Sequence record: LC680885.1
DNA: 64,000 nucleotides
Reading direction: 5' to 3' (one strand)
The notes under the pieces are model-generated. The model worked only from the letters and a program-made list of their open reading frames with translations, made no database searches and was not told the DNA's origin. A program made the position numbers and the translations under genes. Below, one piece after another: positions 8,762 through 19,068 of this stretch. How positions within the stretch are numbered: the stretch's first letter is position 1; every line of letters begins with the position of its first letter.

Positions 8762-9052
8762 ATGAAAGAATTAACAAGTTCAGTAGAAAAAGCAGCAGGT
8801 ACAAGTTGGAGTGCGTTAGTAACACATCAAGTTTTTATAGGGTTAGGTTTAGTTTTATTAAGTTTAATCGTATTTGCTATTTTGTATTATGCATTTAAAA
8901 AATTAAATGTCATGAATAACTTATCACCTATCATTGTATTGGTAGTTATTTTAGTTATTGGAATTGATTTGGCTTTATTCGGATACGGTTTAATGCATAT
9001 ATTTAATCCAGGATATTATGCATTACAAGAAATTAAAGAAGTCATTAAATAA
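8762..9052 (+). CDS. membrane protein, two TM helices
   Basis: GGAGG RBS; two hydrophobic segments. Confidence 0.7.
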   Translation: MKELTSSVEKAAGTSWSALVTHQVFIGLGLVLLSLIVFAILYYAFKKLNVMNNLSPIIVLVVILVIGIDLALFGYGLMHIFNPGYYALQEIKEVIK

Positions 9053-9140
9053 ATGATTTCAATGAATCAATACAATAATAGATAATAATTAAAAAAGTTA
9101 TTATCTATTATTATTTTTAAACTAGGAGAGTGAAATTGAT

Positions 9141-9488
9141 ATGAATAAAGATTATGAAAAAGTAAAGCTAAATTCTATAAATGAAATATTGGGAGGAGTG
9201 GATATTGAATCTTCTTTATATAGATTTTGGGAAATATATAGCAAGAAATATGATGAATATGTTTATTTAGTTTTTGAAGACATAGATTATGAAAATAATT
9301 ATAACAATACAGTTAATATTAAAGGGATATTTAGAATTGACACTTCTGATAAATCTTTATTATTTGAAGATGAATTTACATTCAATAATGTATTGGTAAC
9401 GGATTCAGCTGAGGATTTTGGTATTAGAGTAGATAACTATGCATATGATGATCTAATAAAACATCTAGAGGAAAATAAAATTATTTAA
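9141..9488 (+). CDS. hypothetical protein
   Basis: ORF with RBS. Confidence 0.65.
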   Translation: MNKDYEKVKLNSINEILGGVDIESSLYRFWEIYSKKYDEYVYLVFEDIDYENNYNNTVNIKGIFRIDTSDKSLLFEDEFTFNNVLVTDSAEDFGIRVDNYAYDDLIKHLEENKII

Positions 9489-9509
9489 AATTATAGGAGA
9501 TGAATAGAT

Positions 9510-9797
9510 ATGAGAAAAGAATTAAGTGATTATATTAATAAGGAAAAATTGGATGCATTAAGTATATCTTTACAAGGAGATGATTTTGATTCTTTAGAAC
9601 CAAAAGCTAAAGAAGAAGTATTTGAAAAATACTTAAAATTAGAAAAATTACATGTAGAATTTAGATATGAAGAATCATTAAGTAAAATTGCAGAATCTTT
9701 GAAAGATATTTCACGTAAAGAAAATAATTCAGATTCAAGTAATGTAGATAAAGACGCTATTTTATCAGCTTTAAAGAATTTTGCACGTAAAATTTAA
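9510..9797 (+). CDS. hypothetical protein, paralogue of 9817-10074
   Basis: Shared Y[IV]xxEKLxA[LI]SxxLxxxDF[DE]S..EV[FL]ExY. Confidence 0.65.
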   Translation: MRKELSDYINKEKLDALSISLQGDDFDSLEPKAKEEVFEKYLKLEKLHVEFRYEESLSKIAESLKDISRKENNSDSSNVDKDAILSALKNFARKI

Positions 9798-9816
9798 ATA
9801 GAGAGTAGGTAAAACA

Positions 9817-10074
9817 TTGGATGAAATAAGACAAATAGAAAAATATGTAGATGTAGAAAAATTAAATGCAATAAGTAATTATCTCTTTAGAAGCGATTTT
9901 GAAAGTTCTAGATTAGGAGAAGTTCAAAGAAAAGAAGTTTTAGAAGTTTATATGGTAATGGATAAAAATGACATTCAACATTATTTAGCTAAGAAAATTG
10001 AAGAAAATGGAGATAAACTTTGTAATTCTCTAAGTGAATTTGAAGAATTAATAAAAAGGATAAAGGGGATGTAA
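9817..10074 (+). CDS. hypothetical protein, paralogue of 9510-9797
   Basis: Shared N-terminal motif. Confidence 0.6.
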   Translation: MDEIRQIEKYVDVEKLNAISNYLFRSDFESSRLGEVQRKEVLEVYMVMDKNDIQHYLAKKIEENGDKLCNSLSEFEELIKRIKGM

Positions 10075-10080
10075 ATTAAA

Positions 10081-10455
10081 ATGAAAAAATTAATGATTTT
10101 AGGTCTAACAATATTTTTAACAGTTATTTTAGCAGCATGTAGTGGTGAAGAAAAGAACCCTAGTGAAGAAACAGCAAAAGGAGATAGTTATAAATTAATA
10201 TATTACGAAATTTTAAATAATGGAGATAGTGATTATCCTAGAGTGGAAATTGCTTATGAAAATAGAATTAAAGAAGTTCAATCCGAATCTATTGATATCG
10301 ATAATTTAATTGAGCATGTCTCAAAAGATCCAAAAGAAAAACCTAAATTAGTTATTGACGGTGATGAGTATCATGTATATAGACAACCTTACATGACTTA
10401 TAATCAAGAAGATATTGAAGGTGAAGTAGAAAGTAAAGAGGAAGTGAAAAAATAA
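10081..10455 (+). CDS. lipoprotein
   Basis: MKK-hydrophobic signal with lipobox LAAC. Confidence 0.75.
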   Translation: MKKLMILGLTIFLTVILAACSGEEKNPSEETAKGDSYKLIYYEILNNGDSDYPRVEIAYENRIKEVQSESIDIDNLIEHVSKDPKEKPKLVIDGDEYHVYRQPYMTYNQEDIEGEVESKEEVKK

Positions 10456-11051
10456 TGAAAAAGTTTTCTATGATCCTAGTATCAATAATTACATTATTAG
10501 CATTCGTTAGTCAAGATGCATTAGCTATTGGAAGTTCAACTTCCAGTAGTTCTTCATCTTCTTCATCAGTCAGCTCATCTGCATCGAGATCATCAACTTC
10601 ATCAAGTATGAGTTCTTCATCATCAGCAAGTAGATCAGCTATGCAAAGTAGTATGAATGCTCAAAATAATGCTAACAGTGCAAGTAGAAATAGTTCATTG
10701 AACAGTAGTATGAGTAGAAATAATTCATCATTTTCATTAACTAACCCAAATAGTATGTATAATAGAAATAATCAAATGAATTCATATAATTCACAGCTTA
10801 GACAAAGTAATTATATGAATAATATGTTGATGTACTATTTATTATTTAATGGTATTAATAATCAAAATAACTTAAAGAAACAGAAATCAATTTTAATGAA
10901 TCAAATGAATAAAGATCAAAAGTTATATACAGTGACAATTAAAACTAAAGATAATAAAAAGCAATTGTTAACTGTCACTAAAAAGGATTATGATAAAATT
11001 AAAGAAGGAGATACTGTTAAATATTCTAATAATAAATTAGAAATAAAATAA
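10455..11051 (+). CDS. exported Ser/Asn-rich low-complexity protein
   Basis: Signal peptide ending ALA; long Ser run; small beta-rich C-terminal domain; start overlaps the previous stop. Confidence 0.7.
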   Translation: MKKFSMILVSIITLLAFVSQDALAIGSSTSSSSSSSSSVSSSASRSSTSSSMSSSSSASRSAMQSSMNAQNNANSASRNSSLNSSMSRNNSSFSLTNPNSMYNRNNQMNSYNSQLRQSNYMNNMLMYYLLFNGINNQNNLKKQKSILMNQMNKDQKLYTVTIKTKDNKKQLLTVTKKDYDKIKEGDTVKYSNNKLEIK

Positions 11052-11069
11052 TAAAAGGGAGATTATATT

Positions 11070-11441
11070 ATGAAAAAATTTGGAGAAGTATTTAGCAAAA
11101 AAGAAGCAGCAAAATTATTAATTGAATTAAATAAAAATGCATGGTATCCATCAGAGCCAGGTAGTGCGTTTAGTAGTCTTCTTGTTGATGGGAAAACACT
11201 ATCAAGATACAATTTAGATTTTGAAAAAGAATTCCATGATATGTTCTATTATGATACAGAATCTAATGCTATGGAAGAGGATGAAGACTATATCACTATC
11301 CCTGAAGTTAGTGATGATGTTATTGATTTTAATGCGGTATATGACATCTTGAAAGATCAGGATTTAATAAGCGGAGTAATTAATTTAAATTCGATTATTG
11401 GCAAAAGAATTAATGAATCATTTTGGAGAGTACATGGATAG
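11070..11441 (+). CDS. hypothetical protein
   Basis: ORF with RBS. Confidence 0.6.
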   Translation: MKKFGEVFSKKEAAKLLIELNKNAWYPSEPGSAFSSLLVDGKTLSRYNLDFEKEFHDMFYYDTESNAMEEDEDYITIPEVSDDVIDFNAVYDILKDQDLISGVINLNSIIGKRINESFWRVHG

Positions 11442-12250
11442 AAATAAAAATAATAATAGGAGATGAATTGGAAATGGCAGAAAAAATTCTAAATTTAAAA
11501 ATAGTAGTAAGTAATGATTTAAAAGATGTATATGATACAAAATTATCTGGAGGAGGTTATAAAAATAATGAAATAATGGTATCAGAAAATGATATTTTAA
11601 AAATAAAATTAGATATTAAAGATGAACAAGGCAAAGAATTAAAATTAGAAGACATAAATCACTTAATAAGAGTTGGATCTAATGTTAAAAATATTAAAAG
11701 ACTTTTTGATAGAGTTTATAAAATAGATGAATTTTTTGAAAAAGATGGGAAATACTATTTATATAAAATAAAAGAAAATATGGACACTCAATGTTTAATG
11801 TTTAGCGTATACAATTTGGATTCAGAAATTGATGAAGACGTTTTAATGGACATCTTTATTTATAATGATAGTTTTCATAAGTCAGTATTAGGTGTAGTTA
11901 ACAGATATATTGAAAATAAAAAAGATGAAGATATAGTTAAAAAATTTGTATCTGATATCAGAAGTGATTTTGATGAAAAAGAAATTGAATATACAATAGA
12001 AAATATTGACGATTTACTTTTTAGTAGCAATGTTTTTGATTTATTAAATTACGTACATGAAAATAGTCATACTGACGAAGTTATTGATTGTTTTTCAAGC
12101 GAAATTCAAAAATCTTTAAGTGAATCAGTAAATGCTGAAAGTCGTGATGAAGATTATACTTTTGCTGAAGGCATAAATAATATTTTTGGAATTGCAGGGT
12201 TTTCTCTAACAAATGGTAAAGTTTTTAAATTTAATTACTTAAGTGTATAA
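11423..12250 (+). CDS. hypothetical protein (true start probably slightly downstream)
   Basis: Long ORF with phage-like composition. Confidence 0.6.
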   Translation: MESTWIEIKIIIGDELEMAEKILNLKIVVSNDLKDVYDTKLSGGGYKNNEIMVSENDILKIKLDIKDEQGKELKLEDINHLIRVGSNVKNIKRLFDRVYKIDEFFEKDGKYYLYKIKENMDTQCLMFSVYNLDSEIDEDVLMDIFIYNDSFHKSVLGVVNRYIENKKDEDIVKKFVSDIRSDFDEKEIEYTIENIDDLLFSSNVFDLLNYVHENSHTDEVIDCFSSEIQKSLSESVNAESRDEDYTFAEGINNIFGIAGFSLTNGKVFKFNYLSV

Positions 12251-12276
12251 TATTAATATTAGGAGATGAATTAGAT

Positions 12277-13371
12277 ATGGAAAATAACAAAAATGAATTA
12301 ATTAGCAGAGAGAATATTTCACCAGAAGTTTTTAAAAAGGTTGATGAAATTAATATACTTGATAAGAAATCTATTATTGAGTATGGACATGAAGTACAAG
12401 ATAAGTTATCTAAAGAATCAGATAAAGTATTAAAGAATATTAAAGAAAATGATTCTAATGAAAAGATTAATAAAGTATTAGATGATATGTTAGATGTATT
12501 TAACTCATATGATCCACAAAAGATTGATGAAAATATGAAACAAGAAGAAAAAGGTTTCATGGATAAAATTAAATCTATGTTTAATAAAGGTAAAGAAAAC
12601 TTAATCGGTAAAGAATTATCTAAAGTTGATTCAGCTTCAAATAATATGACTTTCATTGAAAGACAATTAAAAGAAAGTAGTTCTTCAGTTGATACTGCAA
12701 ATAAAAATTTAGATAATTTAATTCAATCTAATAAAGATTATTATGAGAACTTAAGTGAATATATTGAAGCAGCTAAATATAAGAAATTAGAGTTAACAGA
12801 TGAAATTCAAAAAGATACTGATGAAGTTAGAAATATTGAAGATGTTGGTGAAAAACAAAATCAAATTCAATTAGTATCTGATAAAGAACAAGGTTTAGAT
12901 AATCTTGATAAACGTATTTATGACTTAAGTACATCATTAGCTTTAGCAGAACAAAATGTATTTGAATTAGAAATGATTAAGAATATCAATTATAGTCTTA
13001 AAGAAAATATTAATAACTCTTTAGTAAATAGTATCCCTATCTGGAAATCTCAATTAACTAAAGCAGTAGTATTGATTCAACAACAACAATCAATTAAAAC
13101 TAATAAAGCTATTAGAGAAGCAACTTCTGATATTTTATTAAGTAACTCTAATATTCTTAAAGATAACGCAGTTCAGATGTATAATGAATCTAATAAATCA
13201 TTTATTGATATTGATGTTCTTAAACAAACTCAAAGTAATATGATTGAAATGACAGAAGATTTAAAACGTATGTCTGAAGAAGCTTATAATGAAAGATTAC
13301 GTGGATATGAAGAACTTAAAGAAATTAAGGAAGATAAAAAAGAATTAGAAAACAAGAAAATAGAAATGTAA
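12277..13371 (+). CDS. telA: TelA/KlaA-family toxic anion resistance protein
   Basis: SIIEYG.EVQ.KLS..S..VL start, helical coiled-coil, LKENINNSLVNSIPIWKSQL, ATSDILLSNS pattern; 364 aa. Confidence 0.8.
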   Translation: MENNKNELISRENISPEVFKKVDEINILDKKSIIEYGHEVQDKLSKESDKVLKNIKENDSNEKINKVLDDMLDVFNSYDPQKIDENMKQEEKGFMDKIKSMFNKGKENLIGKELSKVDSASNNMTFIERQLKESSSSVDTANKNLDNLIQSNKDYYENLSEYIEAAKYKKLELTDEIQKDTDEVRNIEDVGEKQNQIQLVSDKEQGLDNLDKRIYDLSTSLALAEQNVFELEMIKNINYSLKENINNSLVNSIPIWKSQLTKAVVLIQQQQSIKTNKAIREATSDILLSNSNILKDNAVQMYNESNKSFIDIDVLKQTQSNMIEMTEDLKRMSEEAYNERLRGYEELKEIKEDKKELENKKIEM

Positions 13372-13375
13372 GAAG

Positions 13376-14551
13376 GTGTATTATTACATGTTAGATATTT
13401 TAATCTATTCATTTTCTGGTTTCGCCATTGTAGGGGGCTCTGCAATGGCGATTTATAATGGAAATAAGTTAGTTAAAAAGAAAAAAAGAGTCTCACAAAA
13501 TGAATTAAAACTTAAAGATACAGAAGAATTAATTGATCTCAATGAAACTAAAATAATGGAAAAATTAAATGATTCTTATAAATTAGAAAATGCTTTTGAC
13601 TGTAAGGAAAGATACTACGCTTTACATTATCTATTGAGTCATCCAGAAATGGAATTCTATAAAGAAATAGCCACTCATGTTTATTCAGCTGTTTTAAATG
13701 AAAAAACTAATATTGGAGCTGAATATACTAAAGATTTATTTATTGAAGGGAAATCCTATGATAAAAGATTAGACTTATTGACATTCTCTTTAGTATACAA
13801 AAAAGATAGTAAATTTGAAATTAACAAAGAAAATGGAATTATGGAAGAGTTTAAAGATTTACTTGACACTAATATAGAAGATTTAGAGATGCTAGAAAGA
13901 GAAGGTTTTATATATACGAAAGATGACTCAGGCATATTTTATAAATATTTATTTTTCGGGACTAAAATACTAATCGGTTTAGTTAATTTACATGGTGATT
14001 ATTATATAACTATTATAGATGAAAAAGAAAACGTTTATATTAAAGATATGAAACTTGGTGAAGAGTTGGATGCTTTACAATATTTTGACGGAAGAAGGTT
14101 TTTGTATCATCCATTAGATTTCTTTATATTAGAAGATGGCGAATTACAACTATTAGATCCATATTCATATAATTTAGAACATGTTAACAATAAAAAAATA
14201 ATATTTGATCCTAAGTCTTATGATTCAGAACCTATAGGGAATAAGCGTATAAACTTATATCATGAAGACATAGAATTTAAAAAAGTTCCTTTTAACACTG
14301 AAGGATTATTAAATTATTTAAATAATGATGTTAAAATAGAAAATGATGATTTTATTTATCTTAAAGGAAACAAAGTGGAAAGAAATATAGATAAGAATCA
14401 TTGGTCGAATTTAATAGAAACTAATTATATGATGAATTATAGAGATAAAAAGAAATTCATGAAAAATATTCATAATAAATTAGTAGAAGAAAAAAGAATG
14501 AAAGATATTGAAGAATATAAAAGTTACTCTGAAATAGGGAGAAAGGAGTGA
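13376..14551 (+). CDS. membrane-anchored protein of the HWxNxIxTN family
   Basis: N-terminal TM; KERYYALHYLL and HWSNLIETN shared with 19383 and 53227. Confidence 0.65.
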   Translation: MYYYMLDILIYSFSGFAIVGGSAMAIYNGNKLVKKKKRVSQNELKLKDTEELIDLNETKIMEKLNDSYKLENAFDCKERYYALHYLLSHPEMEFYKEIATHVYSAVLNEKTNIGAEYTKDLFIEGKSYDKRLDLLTFSLVYKKDSKFEINKENGIMEEFKDLLDTNIEDLEMLEREGFIYTKDDSGIFYKYLFFGTKILIGLVNLHGDYYITIIDEKENVYIKDMKLGEELDALQYFDGRRFLYHPLDFFILEDGELQLLDPYSYNLEHVNNKKIIFDPKSYDSEPIGNKRINLYHEDIEFKKVPFNTEGLLNYLNNDVKIENDDFIYLKGNKVERNIDKNHWSNLIETNYMMNYRDKKKFMKNIHNKLVEEKRMKDIEEYKSYSEIGRKE

Positions 14552-14558
14552 AGATTCT

Positions 14559-15395
14559 TTGAGTAAAGATTTTTTCTCTCATAATAATGTAAATTATAAA
14601 AAAGATTTAGATAAACAACTTGATGATGATTTAGATAAAATTTACGGTCAACAATCTATGGATACCAATCCTTATGGTCATGTAGGGTTTGTTGATAAGG
14701 ATGTTAGGGAAGCTAAAGAGAAACTTGATAAGCTTAATGATGATTTGAGGCTTAAAGGAAACAGTGCAATGATTGATAGTGATTTAATTCTAAAGGGAAT
14801 TGATAAACGTAAAACTTTAGAAAGGGAAAAATTGAATAGTGTTTATGACAGTATATATGATCTTGGTTCCATAGTTCCTGTAAGTCATAGTTACTATAGA
14901 CAGCTGGATGAGATTAATAAACGTAATACTAATATAAAAAATAACTCTCGTAATTATATTAAAAAAGATTTAGATGAAGAAGCATTGAATAGAAGACAAT
15001 ATAGAAATATGTGGAATAAACCTGTAATGACTTATGAACAAAAATTAATGAATAGATTAGATGAAATAAGAAGTAAGAAAATAACTAATAAAAATAAAGA
15101 AAGATATACTGTTGAAGTTTCAGCTATAATGTATATAACAAGTTGTAAATTTATTCCTGAATTCACTAAAGATGATATAATGAATGCTTATTTTGATGTA
15201 AAAGAAATGATGAACAAAAAAGATAAAATCTTAGGAAATGGTGAAAGTGTAAAAAATTTCACTTTAATATTTGCTAAAGCTATATGGTTTTTAAGAGGAA
15301 ATATTAAAGAAAAGAGTATAATAACAAATCATTCAGCACATGCAATTAATACTAATTTTTTAATAAAAGATTTATATGATCTTAGAGTATTTTAA
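14559..15395 (+). CDS. hypothetical protein
   Basis: 278-aa ORF. Confidence 0.6.
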   Translation: MSKDFFSHNNVNYKKDLDKQLDDDLDKIYGQQSMDTNPYGHVGFVDKDVREAKEKLDKLNDDLRLKGNSAMIDSDLILKGIDKRKTLEREKLNSVYDSIYDLGSIVPVSHSYYRQLDEINKRNTNIKNNSRNYIKKDLDEEALNRRQYRNMWNKPVMTYEQKLMNRLDEIRSKKITNKNKERYTVEVSAIMYITSCKFIPEFTKDDIMNAYFDVKEMMNKKDKILGNGESVKNFTLIFAKAIWFLRGNIKEKSIITNHSAHAINTNFLIKDLYDLRVF

Positions 15396-15414
15396 TTAGG
15401 AGAGTGAAAAAGAT

Positions 15415-15804
15415 ATGGGAAGTTTAATAGGTTTAATTGTGCTAATAGTAAATTCACTATTAGCATCAATTTTTATTTTTAGTAACTTAGGAAAAATGGG
15501 TAAATTTAAAAACAGTTCATGGGTTCCAATTGAAAGAGAGATAAAAAATAGAATGAAATTCTTAATGGCTATTAATTTTATTCTATTTCTATCATCATTA
15601 ATATTATTATTTAAAAATATTATATCGGCTCAAGTATCATTATTATCAATAATTATATTTGGAGGGGTATTTATATTCTTTTTATTTAAATTGATGAGAG
15701 ACAATCAGTATTTTAGTAAGAGTAATAAATTTTATAATACAGTTTATATGATGAGTTTATTTTTATTAACAATAGATGTTTTATTATCATTTTATAATCT
15801 ATAA
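15415..15804 (+). CDS. membrane protein (about 4 TM)
   Basis: Four hydrophobic segments; RBS. Confidence 0.65.
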   Translation: MGSLIGLIVLIVNSLLASIFIFSNLGKMGKFKNSSWVPIEREIKNRMKFLMAINFILFLSSLILLFKNIISAQVSLLSIIIFGGVFIFFLFKLMRDNQYFSKSNKFYNTVYMMSLFLLTIDVLLSFYNL

Positions 15805-15837
15805 AAGATTAAAGAAATATATAAGTTAAATAAAGAT

Positions 15838-15874
15838 GAGGTAATGACAAATTATATGTCATTACCTCTAATAT
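15838..15874 (+). repeat. GAGGTAATG hairpin repeat, copy 3
   Basis: GAGGTAATGACA/TGTCATTACCTC plus TAATAT. Confidence 0.85.
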
Positions 15875-15893
15875 ACTATAAGGAGAGTTTAAA

Positions 15894-16985
15894 ATGAAAA
15901 AATCATTAATAACAGCATCATTATTAAGTACGGTACTACTGTTGGGAGCATGCGGAAACGAAGGATCATCATCAGAGAATAAAGGGTCAAACTTAAAACC
16001 AGAAAAGCAAGAAGAAATTTATTCTAAAGAAGCAAAATTATTAGGTAAAGCAATAAGTAATGAAGATGCTATGGATGATTCTACAAATAAAGTTTCAGAT
16101 GATTTTAAGAAATCTTTAGACAGATATGAAGATAAAACTAAAAATTTAGATAGCGTAGATACTCAAGTTGGTGATTTAACTTTAAGAGTTGGAAAATCTA
16201 TTGAAATCATGAGTGAACGCATGTATGAATTAGATAAGTTCAATAAAGATAATCCAGATAAAGAAATGGAATACAATCTAGCTCTTGTTGATGTTGGAAT
16301 TAATACCGCTCAATCTCTAGAAAGTATAAATGAAGATTATGAATCAATCGATGTATCATATAAAAATGAAATTATCGGTAAGAAAGCTAATGAAGAAGTA
16401 ACTGATGTTTTATCAACTTTCCCAGCATATGAACTTGATGAATTGATAGATGATTATGGAACTGGTATTGTTGGAAATGATGAAACAGATCTAACACAAG
16501 AACAACAAAAAGTATTATCAGACACTAAATATCGAGATGAACTTAAAAAAGAAGTAATGACTCAAGAAGAACCAGACGCTTCTAAAAATGAATATAATGA
16601 ATCTGTGAATATGTTTAATAAATTTGCACCAGAATTCCTTCATTATAAAGAAGTAGATGAAATGGTATCTTCAACAGAAAATAACAATATGATGGATATC
16701 AGAAATGCTGTTGTAAGTGCTAATACAGATGCCGGAGTAGATAGTTATGAAGATATGGAAGAAGATGCTGAATCATTAGAAGATGATACTGAGAGTATCG
16801 AAGATGAAGAAAGATCAGATGACGAAGGATATGATATTGATGGCTGGTCTGCAGAATCTTATAATGAATTAGTAGATGAATATAACACTCTTACTGATGG
16901 TGAAAAAATGGATCACGTAGATGAAGATGTATCTAATATTGAATATGAACAATTAGAAGAGAGAGTTGCAAAATTAGAAGAATAA
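15894..16985 (+). CDS. acidic lipoprotein with a duplicated C-terminal motif
   Basis: Lipobox LGAC; repeat YNExVxx[FY]N..H..VDExVSxxE twice. Confidence 0.75.
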   Translation: MKKSLITASLLSTVLLLGACGNEGSSSENKGSNLKPEKQEEIYSKEAKLLGKAISNEDAMDDSTNKVSDDFKKSLDRYEDKTKNLDSVDTQVGDLTLRVGKSIEIMSERMYELDKFNKDNPDKEMEYNLALVDVGINTAQSLESINEDYESIDVSYKNEIIGKKANEEVTDVLSTFPAYELDELIDDYGTGIVGNDETDLTQEQQKVLSDTKYRDELKKEVMTQEEPDASKNEYNESVNMFNKFAPEFLHYKEVDEMVSSTENNNMMDIRNAVVSANTDAGVDSYEDMEEDAESLEDDTESIEDEERSDDEGYDIDGWSAESYNELVDEYNTLTDGEKMDHVDEDVSNIEYEQLEERVAKLEE

Positions 16986-16998
16986 CGGAGGAAATTAA

Positions 16999-18405
16999 AT
17001 GAAGAGAATCTTTAAAAGTTTAACTCTTTATATATTTTTATTTATTTTAGCTTCTTTAACCTTATTTTTAGGATTTAAAGAAGCTATTAATTATATCATA
17101 TTGGGATTATTAACTTTCTTATTAATCCTTTCTTTTTACTTTTTATTAAGTTATGCATATAATTTAATTATATCATTATTTGGATATAAGAAATTAAAAA
17201 GAGATTATGATATTATAGCACCTAAAACTAGATTTTTAATAATGGTAGCTGCTCATAATGAAGAGACTGTTATTAGAGAAACTATTAAAAATCTTAAAAA
17301 GATTAATTATGACAAAAGCATGTTTGATATCTGTATAGTTTCAGATAATTCTACAGATAATACAACAAATATTGCTTTAGAAGAAAATGTTACTGTTGTG
17401 GATACGATTAAAGGAAGATTTAAAAGAGAAGGCGTTGGAAAACCAGCAGGATTACAATATGCATTAAGAGAATTAGGATTTGAAAGTATAAAAAATAAAT
17501 ACGATTTAGTAATGGTATTGGATGCAGATAATTTTGTTAGCCCTAATATATTAAGAGAAGTAAATTCTCAATATATCGCTAAAAATAAACCTGAAGCAAT
17601 TCAAGTCTATTTAGATAGTAAAAATTATGATAGTATGATGTCTTTAGCATATAGTGCAGTATTTTGGACTAATAATAAATTTATTCAAGCGGCTAAATAT
17701 AGATTAGGTTTACCGAATTCAATCGGAGGAACAGGTTTCTCAGTTAGATCAGATTATCTTATTGATAGTGGAGGATTTAACTATGAATCATTAACAGAGG
17801 ATTTAGAAATGGAAGTTGAAATAGTTAGCAATGGTGGAAGAGTTTTATGGAATGATTTTGCGTCTATTTATGATGAAAAACCAGAAGGATTGAAAGTTTC
17901 TATGGTCCAACGTTTGAGATGGGCTAAGGGTCATTTTTACGTAGGATATAAAAATTTCTTTCCATTATTAAAATTATTCGCAAAGACATTTAATATTAAA
18001 TATATAGATAAAATAGTTTTCCTTATGACAATGGGAAGAAGTTTACATTTAGCATTAATGTTATTAGTTATATCATTGCAAGGGTTATATTTATATTTAA
18101 ATAATAAAACAGAAATTATCATAAATAATTTCCATTATCCAACTGTATTACAATTATTAAATGATAATTTCTTATTTTTAGGAATTTTTAATGCTATTCT
18201 ATTAAGTTACAGTTTCTTATTTTTACCATTATATTCTATATATAATAAAATAAAGAGTAAAAATATAATTAAGAATGCAATATCATTTTTATATTATGTG
18301 GTAACTGATTTTATAGTTCAAACTCAAGCAATATTTGTTTGGAAAGAACAAAAGAACTGGGTAAGAACTCCTCATGATAAAAATAAAATAAAAACAGACA
18401 AATAA
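16999..18405 (+). CDS. processive family-2 glycosyltransferase (cellulose synthase/IcaA-like)
   Basis: AAHNEE, DNSTD, GKPAGL, LDAD, GTG, LTED, QRLRW (D,D,D,QxxRW); N- and C-terminal TM helices. Confidence 0.88.
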   Translation: MKRIFKSLTLYIFLFILASLTLFLGFKEAINYIILGLLTFLLILSFYFLLSYAYNLIISLFGYKKLKRDYDIIAPKTRFLIMVAAHNEETVIRETIKNLKKINYDKSMFDICIVSDNSTDNTTNIALEENVTVVDTIKGRFKREGVGKPAGLQYALRELGFESIKNKYDLVMVLDADNFVSPNILREVNSQYIAKNKPEAIQVYLDSKNYDSMMSLAYSAVFWTNNKFIQAAKYRLGLPNSIGGTGFSVRSDYLIDSGGFNYESLTEDLEMEVEIVSNGGRVLWNDFASIYDEKPEGLKVSMVQRLRWAKGHFYVGYKNFFPLLKLFAKTFNIKYIDKIVFLMTMGRSLHLALMLLVISLQGLYLYLNNKTEIIINNFHYPTVLQLLNDNFLFLGIFNAILLSYSFLFLPLYSIYNKIKSKNIIKNAISFLYYVVTDFIVQTQAIFVWKEQKNWVRTPHDKNKIKTDK

Positions 18406-18444
18406 TATTGAATGTGAATAAATAAATTAAAGGAGATATCTATT

Positions 18445-19053
18445 ATGCATATTAAAAAATTTAATGATTCACAATTACATTTTATATCTAAAATGATTGA
18501 CAAGGGTTACAATAATAAAACTATTCTTACACTATTCAAAAAAGAGTTCAATGTAGAAACAATATCTGCATATGTAACACAAGTTCGTAGAGGTCAACAA
18601 GGAAAGAATATTAGCCAAAACTATAAATTTGCTATTGATGGCAACTATCCAACTTATTATGAATGGGTAGAATATTTAATTGATAATGATATCTATTATG
18701 GAACTAAATTTGAAGAATTTGGAAATTATATTAAAACTAAAATTGAAGAAGACGATTTATTCTTAATTACTAAAAGTAATACATTTAAATTGATTGCGTA
18801 TTTACAAGAAACTGATAACGGATTTAAAATAGTAAAATCAATAGATGATAAAGTAATTGATGAAAAATTTACACATGATGTTGAAATTAAAGTTAATAAT
18901 ATGTATAAAGTAAATCTAGAAAATAAAAATTCTTATATACTTTTAAATATTGACATTTCAGATAAATATATGGTACTAATGTATATACTTTTATATTCAA
19001 TTAAAGGCATGGATTCTATAATAAATTATCATTTATATAACGACAAAAATTAA
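18445..19053 (+). CDS. putative DNA-binding protein (HTH-like N-domain shared with 41430-42068)
   Basis: QxHxIxxxIDKG..N..IL..F..IRRG..NYxFA..YPT motif. Confidence 0.55.
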   Translation: MHIKKFNDSQLHFISKMIDKGYNNKTILTLFKKEFNVETISAYVTQVRRGQQGKNISQNYKFAIDGNYPTYYEWVEYLIDNDIYYGTKFEEFGNYIKTKIEEDDLFLITKSNTFKLIAYLQETDNGFKIVKSIDDKVIDEKFTHDVEIKVNNMYKVNLENKNSYILLNIDISDKYMVLMYILLYSIKGMDSIINYHLYNDKN

Positions 19054-19068
19054 TTAAGGAGAGATTGA

